Source: a virus
Virus record (IMG/VR): IMGVR_UViG_3300020187_003193
DNA length: 64,000 nt
Reading direction: 5' to 3' (one strand)
Part shown: positions 53,383 to 63,904 of the stretch, in pieces
Position numbering within the stretch: position 1 is the first letter of the stretch
Layout: the number at the start of each line of letters is the position of its first letter
The notes under the pieces: model-generated
What the model was told of the DNA's origin: nothing
Seen by the model: only the letters and a program-made list of their open reading frames with translations
Databases searched by the model: none
Translations under genes and position numbers: made by a program

Positions 53383-55305
53383 ATGGCAGATACTTCATTA
53401 TTTGGTAAACTAAAGAGATTATTCTCAACAGACGTAGTGATACGTAACGTTGGTGGTAATCAACTTAAAGTGACGGATTCACAACAAATCCAGTCTTTAG
53501 GTCAATTACAGACAAACTCTTTATTTGACAAATTCAATAAACTATACAGCACTACTGGAGGGACAAATTATAACATGTCTCAACAGGTAAACTTTCCTGC
53601 TTCAAGAATACAATTATATGTAGATTACGAATCTATGGATACAGATGCAATTGTAGCATCTGCACTTGACATTGTATCTGACGAATCTACACTAAGAAAC
53701 GATATGGGAGAAGTATTACAAATACGCTCCTCAGACGAAACAGTACAAAAAATATTATATAACCTATTTTACGATGTCCTTAACATAGAATTTAACCTAT
53801 GGTCTTGGGCTCGAAATATGTTAAAATATGGTGATTTCTATTTAAAGTTAGAAATATCAGAAAAATTTGGTGTATATAATGTTATACCATTCTCCTCGTA
53901 TACTATAATGAGATTAGAAGGTATGGATCCTGCCAATCCATCTGACGTAAAATACAAATACGACCCATCTTATTCGGTATCTGAAAACCCACTTGGTTTC
54001 CAAACCGTTAGTCCTGCTATGAGCCAAACAGCTGGTAGAGAAGTTATATTTGATAACTACGAAATGGCACATTTCCGTCTACTATCAGATTTCAATTACC
54101 TTCCTTACGGTAGATCATATCTAGAACCAGCGAGAAAAATATGGAAACAAATGACGTTAATGGAAGACGCCATGCTTATCCATAGAATAGTACGCGCGCC
54201 TGAAAAACGCACTTTCTTCGTGAATGTCGGTAATATTCCACCAAACGAAGTAGAAACATACATGCAACGTATGATCAACAAAATGAAGAAAACTCCATAT
54301 GTTGATCCAAATACAGGAGAGTATAACTTAAAGTTCAATATGCAAAACATCTTAGAGGATTTTTATATTCCTGTAAGAGGTGGAGACGCTACTACACGTA
54401 TTGAAACTACAAAAGGTTTAGATTACGCTGCTATTGAAGACGTTACATACCTACGAGATAAATTATTCGCAGCATTAAAAGTTCCAAAAGCATTCTTAGG
54501 ATACGAAGCGGATCTTGAAGGTAAAGCAACATTAGCTGCTGAAGATATTAGATTTGCAAGAACGGTTGAAAGAATTCAACGTATTCTTATATCTGAATTA
54601 ACAAAAATTGCACTTGTACACTTATATGCACAAGGATATGACGGAGCCGCATTAACAAACTTCGAATTATCATTAACTACACCTTCTATTATATACGATC
54701 AGGAGAGAATCGCGTTAATGAAAGAAAAAGTTGATTTAGCGGGTCAAATGATGGAACTTAAATTGATGCCTACAGATTGGATATATGACAATGTATTCCA
54801 CTTCAGTGAAGATCAATATCAAGAATATAGAGATTTAATTATCGAAGACCAGAAACGTACCTTCAGACAAAATCAAATACTTGAAGAAGGAAACGACCCA
54901 GCAGAATCAGGTGAAGCATATGGTACACCACATGCACTCGCTTCATTATATGGATCAGGTAGGTACCCAGAAGCTAAAGGAGTGCCAAAAGGATACGATG
55001 TTAACGATACAGAATATCCAGAACCAGCACTTGGACGACCATCAGAAAAAGCATCTGGATACGGTACACAAGATAGCAATTTAGGTAAAGACATATTAGG
55101 AGTAGACAGAATGAAAAGTGGTACTACACCTGAAGATAGACCCGGATTATCTGAATCGTCTACATCTGTAGATAACATAAATACAAGAGCTGTTTTTGCT
55201 CAAAATGAGAAGATGTTAAAAAAATTCTTCCCAAAACCGAAAGTTACCCTATTTGAAGGCGAAGAGTTGTTAAATGAAGGTAATATCCGCGAGGAAGTTG
55301 AATAA
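53383..55305 (+). CDS. gp20: Portal protein (gp20-like)
   Basis: LMEDAMLIHRIVRAPEKR.F..NVGN.P; EDF.IP.RG; LF.ALKVPK. Confidence 0.95.
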   Translation: MADTSLFGKLKRLFSTDVVIRNVGGNQLKVTDSQQIQSLGQLQTNSLFDKFNKLYSTTGGTNYNMSQQVNFPASRIQLYVDYESMDTDAIVASALDIVSDESTLRNDMGEVLQIRSSDETVQKILYNLFYDVLNIEFNLWSWARNMLKYGDFYLKLEISEKFGVYNVIPFSSYTIMRLEGMDPANPSDVKYKYDPSYSVSENPLGFQTVSPAMSQTAGREVIFDNYEMAHFRLLSDFNYLPYGRSYLEPARKIWKQMTLMEDAMLIHRIVRAPEKRTFFVNVGNIPPNEVETYMQRMINKMKKTPYVDPNTGEYNLKFNMQNILEDFYIPVRGGDATTRIETTKGLDYAAIEDVTYLRDKLFAALKVPKAFLGYEADLEGKATLAAEDIRFARTVERIQRILISELTKIALVHLYAQGYDGAALTNFELSLTTPSIIYDQERIALMKEKVDLAGQMMELKLMPTDWIYDNVFHFSEDQYQEYRDLIIEDQKRTFRQNQILEEGNDPAESGEAYGTPHALASLYGSGRYPEAKGVPKGYDVNDTEYPEPALGRPSEKASGYGTQDSNLGKDILGVDRMKSGTTPEDRPGLSESSTSVDNINTRAVFAQNEKMLKKFFPKPKVTLFEGEELLNEGNIREEVE

Positions 55306-55337
55306 TTTTAATATTTATAACTAGTAGCTCACTACTT

Positions 55338-56186
55338 ATGAAAATAAAGCATAACAAATACAAGAATACTGGTATTCTATTTGAATTATTAGTAAGGAAG
55401 ATTACTTCGGATACTATGTCTAATAGCAATTCCAAAGCAGCGACTTTAGTTAAGAAATACTTTACTAAAAGTGAGTTAGCTAACGAGAACAAACTCTACC
55501 AAACAATAAACAACTCTATTTCTCTATCAGAAGGTAAAGCAGAATCTGTTATCTCAACGGTATTGGAAATGTCTAGAAGATTAGATAGAGACAAATTGGC
55601 TAAGGAAAAATACAACTTAATTAAGGAGATTAAAGACAATTTCGACCTTAATGATTTTTTCCAAGCCAAAATAAAAAATTACAAGCTATTAGCTTCAACC
55701 TATACTTTATTTGAATCGGTAAATTCTAAAGGCTTCGGAAACCCTGAAACCATTATCAATTCTAAAGTAACCATCCTCGAACACATCACATCATCCCCAG
55801 ACACTAAAATGTCGCTTACACCATTGGTAGAAGAGTTAATGGGATTAGATAAAGGTACTCGTGCTTTAGCATATAAAATTATGTTAGAGAAATACAACGA
55901 GAAATTCGATGGTTTAAATACAGAACAAAAACTTATCTTAAAAGAATATATTAATAGTATCGCAGATGCCCCTAAACTTAAAGAATTTTTAAATACTAAA
56001 TTTAAAAGTATATCTGAGAGTTTAAAGAAAAATATATCTAAAGTAGACGATCCTACTTTGAAAATCAAAATCAAAGAGGTAATAAATCTTATTGACCCTA
56101 TAGTAGAAAGTAAAAAACTAAGAGACGATCACGTTGTCGCTCTTCTACAATATGTTGAGCTTTCTCAAGAAGTAGAATTGATATGA
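55338..56186 (+). CDS. Head-module helical protein
   Basis: KHNKYKNTGILFELL; between portal and protease. Confidence 0.7.
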   Translation: MKIKHNKYKNTGILFELLVRKITSDTMSNSNSKAATLVKKYFTKSELANENKLYQTINNSISLSEGKAESVISTVLEMSRRLDRDKLAKEKYNLIKEIKDNFDLNDFFQAKIKNYKLLASTYTLFESVNSKGFGNPETIINSKVTILEHITSSPDTKMSLTPLVEELMGLDKGTRALAYKIMLEKYNEKFDGLNTEQKLILKEYINSIADAPKLKEFLNTKFKSISESLKKNISKVDDPTLKIKIKEVINLIDPIVESKKLRDDHVVALLQYVELSQEVELI

Positions 56187-56947
56187 AAATAAACTTAAAA
56201 GGTTTAAAGCAAGAGATGAGCACCACTGGAACTGGTGCTTCCTTTGCTGCTGGCACGGGCGAACAATATGCTACACCTAAAGCTTTTAAGAAACGTAAAG
56301 ATGAAGTAGGAGAACCATTCTCAACACCATCTCCCTCTATCCCAAACAGAAAATCTAAAGTAATCGACTATAAAAAATTATTTCAAGAAGCTGTTGACGA
56401 GCTATCTGAAGCAGAAGTAGGCGATACTAAAACAACTAAAGGCATCAAATCAACTGTATCAGATGTTGACCCTGTAACGGGACAAATATCATGGGATATA
56501 GAATATGTACCTGCATTTGATTCTGTATATAAAGAATTTGACGATTTACGTAAAGTAATATCTCAACTCGACCAAAAGACAGACGATGCCATAGTAGACG
56601 ATATAGCAGCTAAAATCAGATCCGAATTTAACAGATATCGTACACACATCAGAAAAAATTACCCTGAAGCGTACAAAAAGTTTACACTAAACGAAGCACG
56701 CTATACAGAATTTAAGAAAAAATCACAATTTCGTACACCTACACAACAATTACATATGGCTGTACGTGAAATTAGACGTAAAATCGATGAAATGACCAAA
56801 GTAGTGGCGTTTACTGAGAGAATGCGTACAGAATTAAAGGCAAGTAACGAAGGTATGTCTTATTTAAATCGTACTCGTGAATCCATTAGTAAAATAAACG
56901 AAAAACTACAAGAATTAAATAATCGAATTAAAGGTTTAACAGAATAA
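56183..56947 (+). CDS. Head-module protein (probable core/internal)
   Basis: EMSTTG...Y.TP.AF; LSE/LNE motifs. Confidence 0.65.
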   Translation: MKINLKGLKQEMSTTGTGASFAAGTGEQYATPKAFKKRKDEVGEPFSTPSPSIPNRKSKVIDYKKLFQEAVDELSEAEVGDTKTTKGIKSTVSDVDPVTGQISWDIEYVPAFDSVYKEFDDLRKVISQLDQKTDDAIVDDIAAKIRSEFNRYRTHIRKNYPEAYKKFTLNEARYTEFKKKSQFRTPTQQLHMAVREIRRKIDEMTKVVAFTERMRTELKASNEGMSYLNRTRESISKINEKLQELNNRIKGLTE

Positions 56948-57084
56948 TGGCAAAAGGCATCGCAGTTGGCAACTACAGAGGTGGTTCTAACAAAAAAAGA
57001 CCGGGTGTTCACTCAAAAAGTAAGTCATCCAAAATTAAAGGTTCTAAGAATTACAAGAAACTGAATGTAGGTCAAGGCAAATAA
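56947..57084 (+). CDS. 45-aa basic micro-protein (not in ORF track)
   Basis: MAKG...KKRPGVHSKSK...KNYKKLNVGQGK; resembles small basic KK-RPG-H-SK...GQG proteins near T4-like head genes. Confidence 0.65.
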   Translation: MAKGIAVGNYRGGSNKKRPGVHSKSKSSKIKGSKNYKKLNVGQGK

Positions 57085-57095
57085 TATTTATATAC

Positions 57096-58106
57096 ATGAC
57101 AACACAAGATTTATATACTAAGCTTTCTAAAGGCGAGATTACAGAACAAAAGTTCTTGTATGAAGTACGTAGAGATATTAACCTACCATGGATAACATCC
57201 AGTAACTCATTCAAAGATACTATCACTATCCTTAAAAACAAGGGTATGATATCTGAAAAACAAACTAAAAAATCTACGGGTAAACAAGAAGTAGAAATCA
57301 TAGCTAAAACTATCGATATGGTTAACCCATACGAATACTCAAAAGGTATGGATTTCGAACTTGATTTAGTATATAATGCTGTAGGAAACGCCGACTTAAC
57401 AGAAGACGAAGTACTTAAAGCACAGAAAAAAGTACTTAAAAATCTTACAAATAACCCATCATACTACACTCAGAAAATGTCTACCCAAATGGAAGGCGAA
57501 AGCGAGTATGAAATAGAGTTAAACGATAAATCTATTGCTGATTTAATCAAGAAAAACAAAGGGAAAAAAGGTAAAATTATCCGCGAACATGGAGAAGATG
57601 CCGAAAGAGTAGCTGATGTAAACGCTGATTCTACTATGTTAGAAGGAACTACTTATGTGTGGGGAGATGTTATAAACGCATTAAAAGATGAAGCGAACGC
57701 TTCAGAATCTGAAATAGAAGCATATATAGCATCTTTAGAACGTGATATCAAAATAAATGGTATGGACGATTATAAGGGATATTCAACCGATGATTATGTT
57801 GAAGATTTTAAAAATTATATAGCTGATAAGTCTGTAAAAGAACACGGAGAACATCACGATAGAGTAGCCGATGTAAATGCTGATTCCTCACCATTAGAAG
57901 AAGAAGAAGTAGAAGAACTAGGTAGAAAAAGAGACGCTATCTACGAAAAGTATGCTAAAAAATATGGTGTTGACGTAAACGAACTTAAAGATAAAGTTGA
58001 AGCACGTAAACTTGAAATGGAAGCAATTGAAGTAGATAACGAACAAGATGCTATCAATATTCAGAAAAAATCCCCTGATGCTGACGTTCGCATAGTTAAA
58101 AAATAA
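57096..58106 (+). CDS. Acidic head-module protein with internal duplication
   Basis: REHGEDAERVADVNADS / KEHGEHHDRVADVNADS. Confidence 0.65.
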   Translation: MTTQDLYTKLSKGEITEQKFLYEVRRDINLPWITSSNSFKDTITILKNKGMISEKQTKKSTGKQEVEIIAKTIDMVNPYEYSKGMDFELDLVYNAVGNADLTEDEVLKAQKKVLKNLTNNPSYYTQKMSTQMEGESEYEIELNDKSIADLIKKNKGKKGKIIREHGEDAERVADVNADSTMLEGTTYVWGDVINALKDEANASESEIEAYIASLERDIKINGMDDYKGYSTDDYVEDFKNYIADKSVKEHGEHHDRVADVNADSSPLEEEEVEELGRKRDAIYEKYAKKYGVDVNELKDKVEARKLEMEAIEVDNEQDAINIQKKSPDADVRIVKK

Positions 58107-58109
58107 CAG

Positions 58110-58727
58110 ATGGCTCAAAAATTACTATTAGAATATTCCGTATTTACCCCTAAAAGATCTCAACTTGTTGAAGGTCTAGACGGGTCAAAAAACATGGTGG
58201 TTGAAGGTATCGTACAACGTGCCGAAGAATTCAACCATAACGGAAGACGCTACCCATACGAGACATTAAAGCGTGAAGTAGACAAATATATGTCTGGCCC
58301 TATCGCTGAAAACAGAGCATTAGGGGAATTAGACCACCCAGAATCCTCTGTAATCAACTTAAAAAACGCATCCCACAACATTAAAGAATTGTGGTGGGAC
58401 GGAAACGATTTACTAGGTAAAATCGAAATATTAACTACTCCATCTGGAAACATATTAAAAGAACTATTCAAAAATAATATTACTGTAGGGATTTCATCTC
58501 GCGGTATGGGTTCTGTTTCACAATTAGGTGAAGGTAGAGTAGAAGTAGAAGACGATTTCGAACTATTATGTTGGGATTTCGTATCTACACCATCAACACA
58601 TGGTGCATTCATGAAACCAACAGGTTTAAATGAAAATCGCACATATACTAAAAACAAATATTCAAAAATTAACTCAATTGTATCTGACATTATATGCACT
58701 CAGTCAGGTATTTGCTGTTTAAGATAA
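58110..58727 (+). CDS. gp21: Prohead core protease (gp21-like)
   Basis: N.NGR.YP; ALGELDHP; GISSRGMGS; WDFVSTPST.GA. Confidence 0.95.
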   Translation: MAQKLLLEYSVFTPKRSQLVEGLDGSKNMVVEGIVQRAEEFNHNGRRYPYETLKREVDKYMSGPIAENRALGELDHPESSVINLKNASHNIKELWWDGNDLLGKIEILTTPSGNILKELFKNNITVGISSRGMGSVSQLGEGRVEVEDDFELLCWDFVSTPSTHGAFMKPTGLNENRTYTKNKYSKINSIVSDIICTQSGICCLR

Positions 58728-58760
58728 TTCCTCGGACGCTACCGCGGGCAGATGTCGATT

Positions 58761-58790
58761 CCCTTGCAGCAATGCAAGGGTTTCTTGTTT
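58761..58790 (+). terminator. Rho-independent terminator
   Basis: CCCTTGCA-GCAA-TGCAAGGG-TTTCTTGTTT. Confidence 0.85.
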
Positions 58791-58820
58791 CTCCTATATC
58801 TTTATATATTTATCCACAGA

Positions 58821-58890
58821 TAAGATAGGTAATCCCTAATATTACCTCACTCAGTTCACAAAATCTTATATTACTTCCCTAATAAGTAAT
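58821..58890 (+). promoter_or_regulatory. Structured 5' leader of scaffold-capsid operon
   Basis: Two 7-bp hairpins with identical CCCTAAT loops; TAAGAT/ATCTTA helix encloses the first. Confidence 0.65.
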
Positions 58891-58913
58891 CACACACACA
58901 AATTTTTTTAAAA

Positions 58914-60053
58914 ATGTCAAACACAAAGTTTTTCAACGATGCAATCGCTGAGGCTAAAGCTATCCGTGAAACGGCTCTTGCTAACGCTAAGCTTGCATTA
59001 GAAGAAGCTTTCACTCCACAGATTCAATCTATGCTAGAGAAAAAATTAGCAGAAGAAGCTGATGATATGGATGAAGCAAAAGACATGGACGAAGCAAAGG
59101 AAATGGACGAAGCAAAAGACATGGACGAGGCGAAAAAAGACGTAGATGAAGCAAAATCCGATATGGACGAAGCTAAAAAAGACGTTGATGAAGCCAAAGA
59201 CATGGACGAAGCTAAGGATATGGACGAAGCTAAGGACGTGGAAGAAGGAAAAGACATGGAAGAAGCTAAAAAAGATGTAGACGAAGCTAAAGTAGAGGAA
59301 TCTACTGTAGAAGAAGCTGCTGTCGAAGAAGGCTCTGACATGGAAGAAGGATCAATTGAAGAAATTGACCTAGACGAACTATTAGCTGAATTAGAAGCTG
59401 CAGAAGGCCAAGTTGCTGAAACTGCTGTTGAAGAGGTAGCTGTAGAAGAAACTGCTGTAGAAGAAGCACCTGTAGTTGAAGCGGAAGCTGAAGACGAAGT
59501 AGGTGAAATTACAGTAGATGAGCTTAAAGACATTATCCGTGACGTCCTTGCTGATGTAATGGGTGGTGGAGCTGGAGAAGAAGAAATGGAAGATCTTGGT
59601 GACCTAGAAGGTGGCGAAGAAATGGAAATGGGCGACGAAGAAGCTGAACTTGAATTAGAAGGTAAAAAAGAAGTTGAAGAGAAAAAAGAAGTTGAGGAAG
59701 CTAAGGCTGAATTAAACGAAGCTATTTCTGTAATCAATACTCTAAAATCTGAGCTAAACGAAGTTAACTTACTTAACGCAAAACTTCTTTACGTGAACAA
59801 ATTGTTCCGCAGCAAAACATTAACTGAAGCACAGAAAGTAAAAGTGATCAATGCATTTGATCGTGCTGAATCTGTGAAAGAAGTTAAAAACATCTTTGAA
59901 ACAATCAAAGATTCAGTTACTATTGAAGCTAAAAAGCCAGTAAACGAATCTCGTTCATTTGCTTCTAAAGCTGCTGGAGTAGCACCAAAAACGCAAATTG
60001 TAGAAAGCAACGATTTTGTAGCTAGAATGCAAAAAATTGCTGGAATTATTTAA
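58914..60053 (+). CDS. gp22: Prohead scaffold protein (gp22-like)
   Basis: Very acidic helical protein between protease and capsid; LNEVNLLNAKLL. Confidence 0.85.
   Translation: MSNTKFFNDAIAEAKAIRETALANAKLALEEAFTPQIQSMLEKKLAEEADDMDEAKDMDEAKEMDEAKDMDEAKKDVDEAKSDMDEAKKDVDEAKDMDEAKDMDEAKDVEEGKDMEEAKKDVDEAKVEESTVEEAAVEEGSDMEEGSIEEIDLDELLAELEAAEGQVAETAVEEVAVEETAVEEAPVVEAEAEDEVGEITVDELKDIIRDVLADVMGGGAGEEEMEDLGDLEGGEEMEMGDEEAELELEGKKEVEEKKEVEEAKAELNEAISVINTLKSELNEVNLLNAKLLYVNKLFRSKTLTEAQKVKVINAFDRAESVKEVKNIFETIKDSVTIEAKKPVNESRSFASKAAGVAPKTQIVESNDFVARMQKIAGII
59062..59290 (+). repeat. Tandem (D)M/V-DEAK(K) peptide repeats in scaffold
   Basis: About 12 copies of gacatggacgaagc(a/t)aa-like units. Confidence 0.9.
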
Positions 60054-60076
60054 ATTAAAAAAACACATTATTTAAA

Positions 60077-61711
60077 ATGTCAAACGTAGTAAATCAATTA
60101 TTAGAAACTGCCAACCCTTATCAGTCTGTACAAAAAGATGCAGCTAGATTAGCAGGGAAATGGGCAAAATCAGGTTTATTAGAAGGAATTTCTAATGACA
60201 CTGACAAAGCTAACATGTCTATCATGTTAGAAAACCAAGCTAAACAGCTTGTAATGGAAGCTAACACAACTGGAACAGGAGCGTCTTTCACTGCTGGAAC
60301 AGGTGAGCAATACGCTGCAGTAGCTTTACCATTAGTAAGAAAGGTATTCGGACAAATCGCTGCTAAAGAATTCGTTTCTGTACAGCCAATGTCTTTACCT
60401 GCTGGATTAGTATTTTACTTAGATTTCCAATATGGAACTACTAAGAAGCCATTCACTTCAGGAGATTCAATGTACGGAACTCCATCTGAAAACTTTGGTA
60501 ACCAAGCTGCAGGTGGATTATACGGTGCTGGAAGATTTGGTTACTCTGTTAATGAACACACTGCTTCTGTTACTGGTACGCCTGCAACGGCATCTTGGGC
60601 TGATGTAAACTTTACTAGCGAACTATCAGCTTCTGCGGCTACAGGTTCATTGAAAAGCATCACAATTACTTCTGCTTCTATTTCTGCTAATTTAGATGGA
60701 GATGCTGTTCGTTCATTTGTAGTATCTTCTGGTTCTATACTAGAAACTCTTCAATTGCCTGCATTTACAAGTCAAGCTGCATCAGGAGATGTTACTTTTA
60801 TATTTGATAACTTTGAAGGAAATGATTCAAGAATTCAAACTGGTAGTCAAACTTTAAATGTTACTTATTCTAAGAAAACTGCTGATAATGCACGTGGTGA
60901 TTTCGAAGATGGTTCAACATTAGCAACTACTGATCCGTCAAGAACTGCCATTTCTATCCCAGAAATCGATGTTCAAATGAGATCTGAAACTATTGCTGCT
61001 AAAACAAGAAAATTGAAAGCACAATGGACACCAGAATTCTCTCAGGATCTTAACGCGTTCCATTCAATCGACGCTGAGGCTGAATTAACTTCAATCTTAT
61101 CAGAATACATTTCTTTAGAAATCGATTTAGAGATCTTAGATATGTTGATTGAAAACGCTCCAACAACTGAAGTATGGTCTGCGAAAGTAGGAAACCAACT
61201 TAACGCTGGTGGAACTGGATTCGATTCTAACACATCTGGTGTATACTATACTCAAATGAGCTGGTTCCAAACTCTTGGAATTAAATTACAAAAAGTATCT
61301 AACATCATTCACCAAAGAACATTAAGAGGTGGAGCTAACTTTATGGTAGTTTCTCCAACTGTAGCAACTATCTTGGAATCAATTCCTGGATTCGCTGCTG
61401 ATACTGATGGTGATGTAACTAAAGCTTCTTACGCTTTTGGTGTACAGAAAATCGGTGCTTTAAACAGCCGTTACAAAGTGTACAAGAACCCATATATGAC
61501 TGAAAACACCATTTTAATGGGCTTCAGAGGTAACCAATTCTTAGAATCAGGTGCTGTATATGCTCCATATGTACCACTTATCATGACTCCATTAGTGTAC
61601 GATCCAAATACCTTCACTCCAAGAAAAGGTATCATGACACGTTACGCTAAGAAAATGGTAAGACCAGAATTCTACGGAAAAGTGTTCGTATCTGACTTAA
61701 ACGTAATCTAA
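60077..61711 (+). CDS. gp23: Major capsid protein (gp23-like)
   Basis: SVQPM..P.GLVFYLDF; AKTRKLKAQWT.E..QDL.A.H.IDAEAEL..ILSE.I..EID; YAPY.PL. Confidence 0.97.
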   Translation: MSNVVNQLLETANPYQSVQKDAARLAGKWAKSGLLEGISNDTDKANMSIMLENQAKQLVMEANTTGTGASFTAGTGEQYAAVALPLVRKVFGQIAAKEFVSVQPMSLPAGLVFYLDFQYGTTKKPFTSGDSMYGTPSENFGNQAAGGLYGAGRFGYSVNEHTASVTGTPATASWADVNFTSELSASAATGSLKSITITSASISANLDGDAVRSFVVSSGSILETLQLPAFTSQAASGDVTFIFDNFEGNDSRIQTGSQTLNVTYSKKTADNARGDFEDGSTLATTDPSRTAISIPEIDVQMRSETIAAKTRKLKAQWTPEFSQDLNAFHSIDAEAELTSILSEYISLEIDLEILDMLIENAPTTEVWSAKVGNQLNAGGTGFDSNTSGVYYTQMSWFQTLGIKLQKVSNIIHQRTLRGGANFMVVSPTVATILESIPGFAADTDGDVTKASYAFGVQKIGALNSRYKVYKNPYMTENTILMGFRGNQFLESGAVYAPYVPLIMTPLVYDPNTFTPRKGIMTRYAKKMVRPEFYGKVFVSDLNVI

Positions 61712-61742
61712 TCTTAGGATTAAAAATTACCTTTATAAAATT

Positions 61743-61769
61743 AAGCCTCGCGAAAGCGGGGCTTTTTTT
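61743..61769 (+). terminator. Rho-independent terminator
   Basis: AAGCCTCGC-GAAA-GCGGGGCTT-TTTTT. Confidence 0.9.
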
Positions 61770-61781
61770 ATATTTATATAC

Positions 61782-62009
61782 ATGATAATCTCCGAAATAC
61801 CATTTGCTGTATTCCTTGAAAGGAATCCCTACCTAAAAGGTAGGCCTTTAAATGAACAGTTTGTACATTACAACGATTATCTACAAGTAGTTCACTTACA
61901 ACAACAAAGCATTGTAAACAGAGGAGGAGATTCCGATTTCCTTCTACAAGAAGACGGCTTTAAAATATTACAAGAAGACGGAAATTCCGGTATTTTAATA
62001 AAAACATAA
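61782..62009 (+). CDS. Small virion-associated protein
   Basis: C-terminal LLQEDG..ILQEDG motif; late motif at 61770. Confidence 0.55.
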   Translation: MIISEIPFAVFLERNPYLKGRPLNEQFVHYNDYLQVVHLQQQSIVNRGGDSDFLLQEDGFKILQEDGNSGILIKT

Positions 62010-62011
62010 TA

Positions 62012-63118
62012 ATGGCAAATTTACCTATATCTAGATTAGTATCAGGAACGCAAGCAAACGACGGCGATAAATTCGTTTACGTACAGCAAGGAATTACTAA
62101 ACAAGTTGATTATGGTGATCTTCAATCCTCTATAGTAACCGATGTAGACTATATTGACTTTAATACAAGTTCAGTAGTTACAGGTAAACCTGGTAGATTA
62201 CGTTGGAACGATGTTGACGGTACTTTAGATTTAAGTCTTAAAAATGGGAATGTAACATTACAAATTGGGCAAGAAATCAATATTAATGCATATAATAACG
62301 AAACCGCATCATTATTAGAATCAGAATATAGGGCTGTCTATGTAAGCGGTTCAGTAAGCAACTTCCCAGCAGTTAATCTAGCATCTAATTTAGATAGACG
62401 TTCTTCAGAAAATACTATAGGAATTGTAACAGAAGATATAGCAGCAGGAGAACTTGGTTATATAACAACTCAAGGAATGGTTAGAGACATTGATATGAGT
62501 GCCTACAATCCTGGCGATACTTTATACTTAGGTGCCAATGATGGGATATTATTAAATGAACCCCCTCTTCCACCTGCACTTACAGTTATTATGGGGTACT
62601 GTATAAATAACGATGCTACAACGGGTTCAATGTATGTTAATGTTAGAAGTGGATTTGAATATCCACAATATGCCATTGCATATAACTTATCTGACCATAC
62701 TGCTTCAGCTGATACAGCAACAATAATTGACTTTGATACACCTCAAGTATTAAGCGGAATATCACTCATAAGTGGTTCCCAATTTACAGTATCAACCCCA
62801 GGCCTATATGAATTTACCGTACTCTCTCAGATAAACCGAGCTGCAAGTTCGGGTACTGCTACATTATATTTTTGGGCAAAGAAAAATGGAGTAGATATTC
62901 CAAATTCAAATAATAACCAAAGTATAACGGGAAATACCGGTACTGCTGCAACCTTAATGAGTAAAAATCTTGTTATAGTATTGGAGGAAGGTGATTATGT
63001 TGAATTTTATTGGGCAACAACTGATGCTGATATGATACTAAAATATACCGCAGCAAGCTCCACCCCTACTAGACCAGCAACAGCAGCAGTAAAAGTTACA
63101 GCAACAAGGTTAAGTTAA
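62012..63118 (+). CDS. Fibre/decoration-like structural protein (C1q/TNF-like C-terminus)
   Basis: GIVTEDI..GE.GYITTQG.V; SQFTVSTPGLYEF......LEEGDYVE. Confidence 0.55.
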   Translation: MANLPISRLVSGTQANDGDKFVYVQQGITKQVDYGDLQSSIVTDVDYIDFNTSSVVTGKPGRLRWNDVDGTLDLSLKNGNVTLQIGQEININAYNNETASLLESEYRAVYVSGSVSNFPAVNLASNLDRRSSENTIGIVTEDIAAGELGYITTQGMVRDIDMSAYNPGDTLYLGANDGILLNEPPLPPALTVIMGYCINNDATTGSMYVNVRSGFEYPQYAIAYNLSDHTASADTATIIDFDTPQVLSGISLISGSQFTVSTPGLYEFTVLSQINRAASSGTATLYFWAKKNGVDIPNSNNNQSITGNTGTAATLMSKNLVIVLEEGDYVEFYWATTDADMILKYTAASSTPTRPATAAVKVTATRLS

Positions 63119-63169
63119 TATTTATATAGGAACGTTCTTATATTTTATTAACTAACTAACAAACCGTTT

Positions 63170-63904
63170 ATGGCAAGTAAACCTCACACGGACGAAGTAT
63201 ATCGTCCTAAAAGAGTAGTAAAGAATCCAATTAACTTCAAAATTCAATTAAACGAAGAACAAAAAGAAGCGAAAGCCAAAATATTAGAAAACACAATAAC
63301 CCTCTTAGCAGGACAAGCAGGTTCCGGAAAAACACTTTTAGCATGTAATATAGCCTTAGATGGTTTAATGCGAAGACAATATACTAAAGTTATAATCACA
63401 CGCCCTACTGTATCGAAAGAAGATATAGGTTTCTTACCAGGCGATATGAGAGAAAAAATGGACCCGTGGGTTCAACCTATTTACCAAAATATGTTTCTCT
63501 TATATGACAAAGAAAAAATCAAAAAACTTATACAAGACGAACAAATAGAAATTGTACCTGTATCCTTCATGAGAGGACGTACGTTCGTTGATTCACTCAT
63601 CATAGTAGACGAAGCTCAAAACGTTACACACGATCAAATGGAAATGATCGCCACCCGTATTGGAAAACATTCTAAAATGGTTGTATGCGGTGATACTCAC
63701 CAAGTGGATTTAAAAAATAAAGGCGATTCTGGATTTAAATTCTTGTACAATGCTGCAAGAAAAATCAAAAACATGGAAGCCATTACCTTACTAACAAACA
63801 ACAGAGATGCCATTGTTGAGGATTTAATCAATTACTATAACGATGCGTACGATAAAAAACAAATCGTAGGTACCGCAGGTAGTAGTGGAGGCCAGAGAAA
63901 GTAA
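63170..63904 (+). CDS. phoH: PhoH-like ATPase
   Basis: LAGQAGSGKT; IIT.RP.V...IGFLPG...EK..PW; FMRGRTF...IIVDEAQN; GD..Q.D. Confidence 0.95.
   Translation: MASKPHTDEVYRPKRVVKNPINFKIQLNEEQKEAKAKILENTITLLAGQAGSGKTLLACNIALDGLMRRQYTKVIITRPTVSKEDIGFLPGDMREKMDPWVQPIYQNMFLLYDKEKIKKLIQDEQIEIVPVSFMRGRTFVDSLIIVDEAQNVTHDQMEMIATRIGKHSKMVVCGDTHQVDLKNKGDSGFKFLYNAARKIKNMEAITLLTNNRDAIVEDLINYYNDAYDKKQIVGTAGSSGGQRK

Noticed and set aside
59024-59737. 237-aa minus-strand ORF opposite the scaffold (and other minus-strand ORFs in the track)
   Set aside because: Ser/Phe-rich shadows of repetitive Glu/Lys-rich plus-strand genes, with no promoters or motifs; no minus-strand ORF was accepted.
51774-61711. Introns or inteins in terminase, portal or capsid
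   Set aside because: ORFs are continuous with expected motif spacing, and no intein or intron signatures were seen.
63170-63904. PhoH and cupin/2OG auxiliary genes as novelties in themselves
   Set aside because: Common in aquatic T4-like phages; listed as features only.
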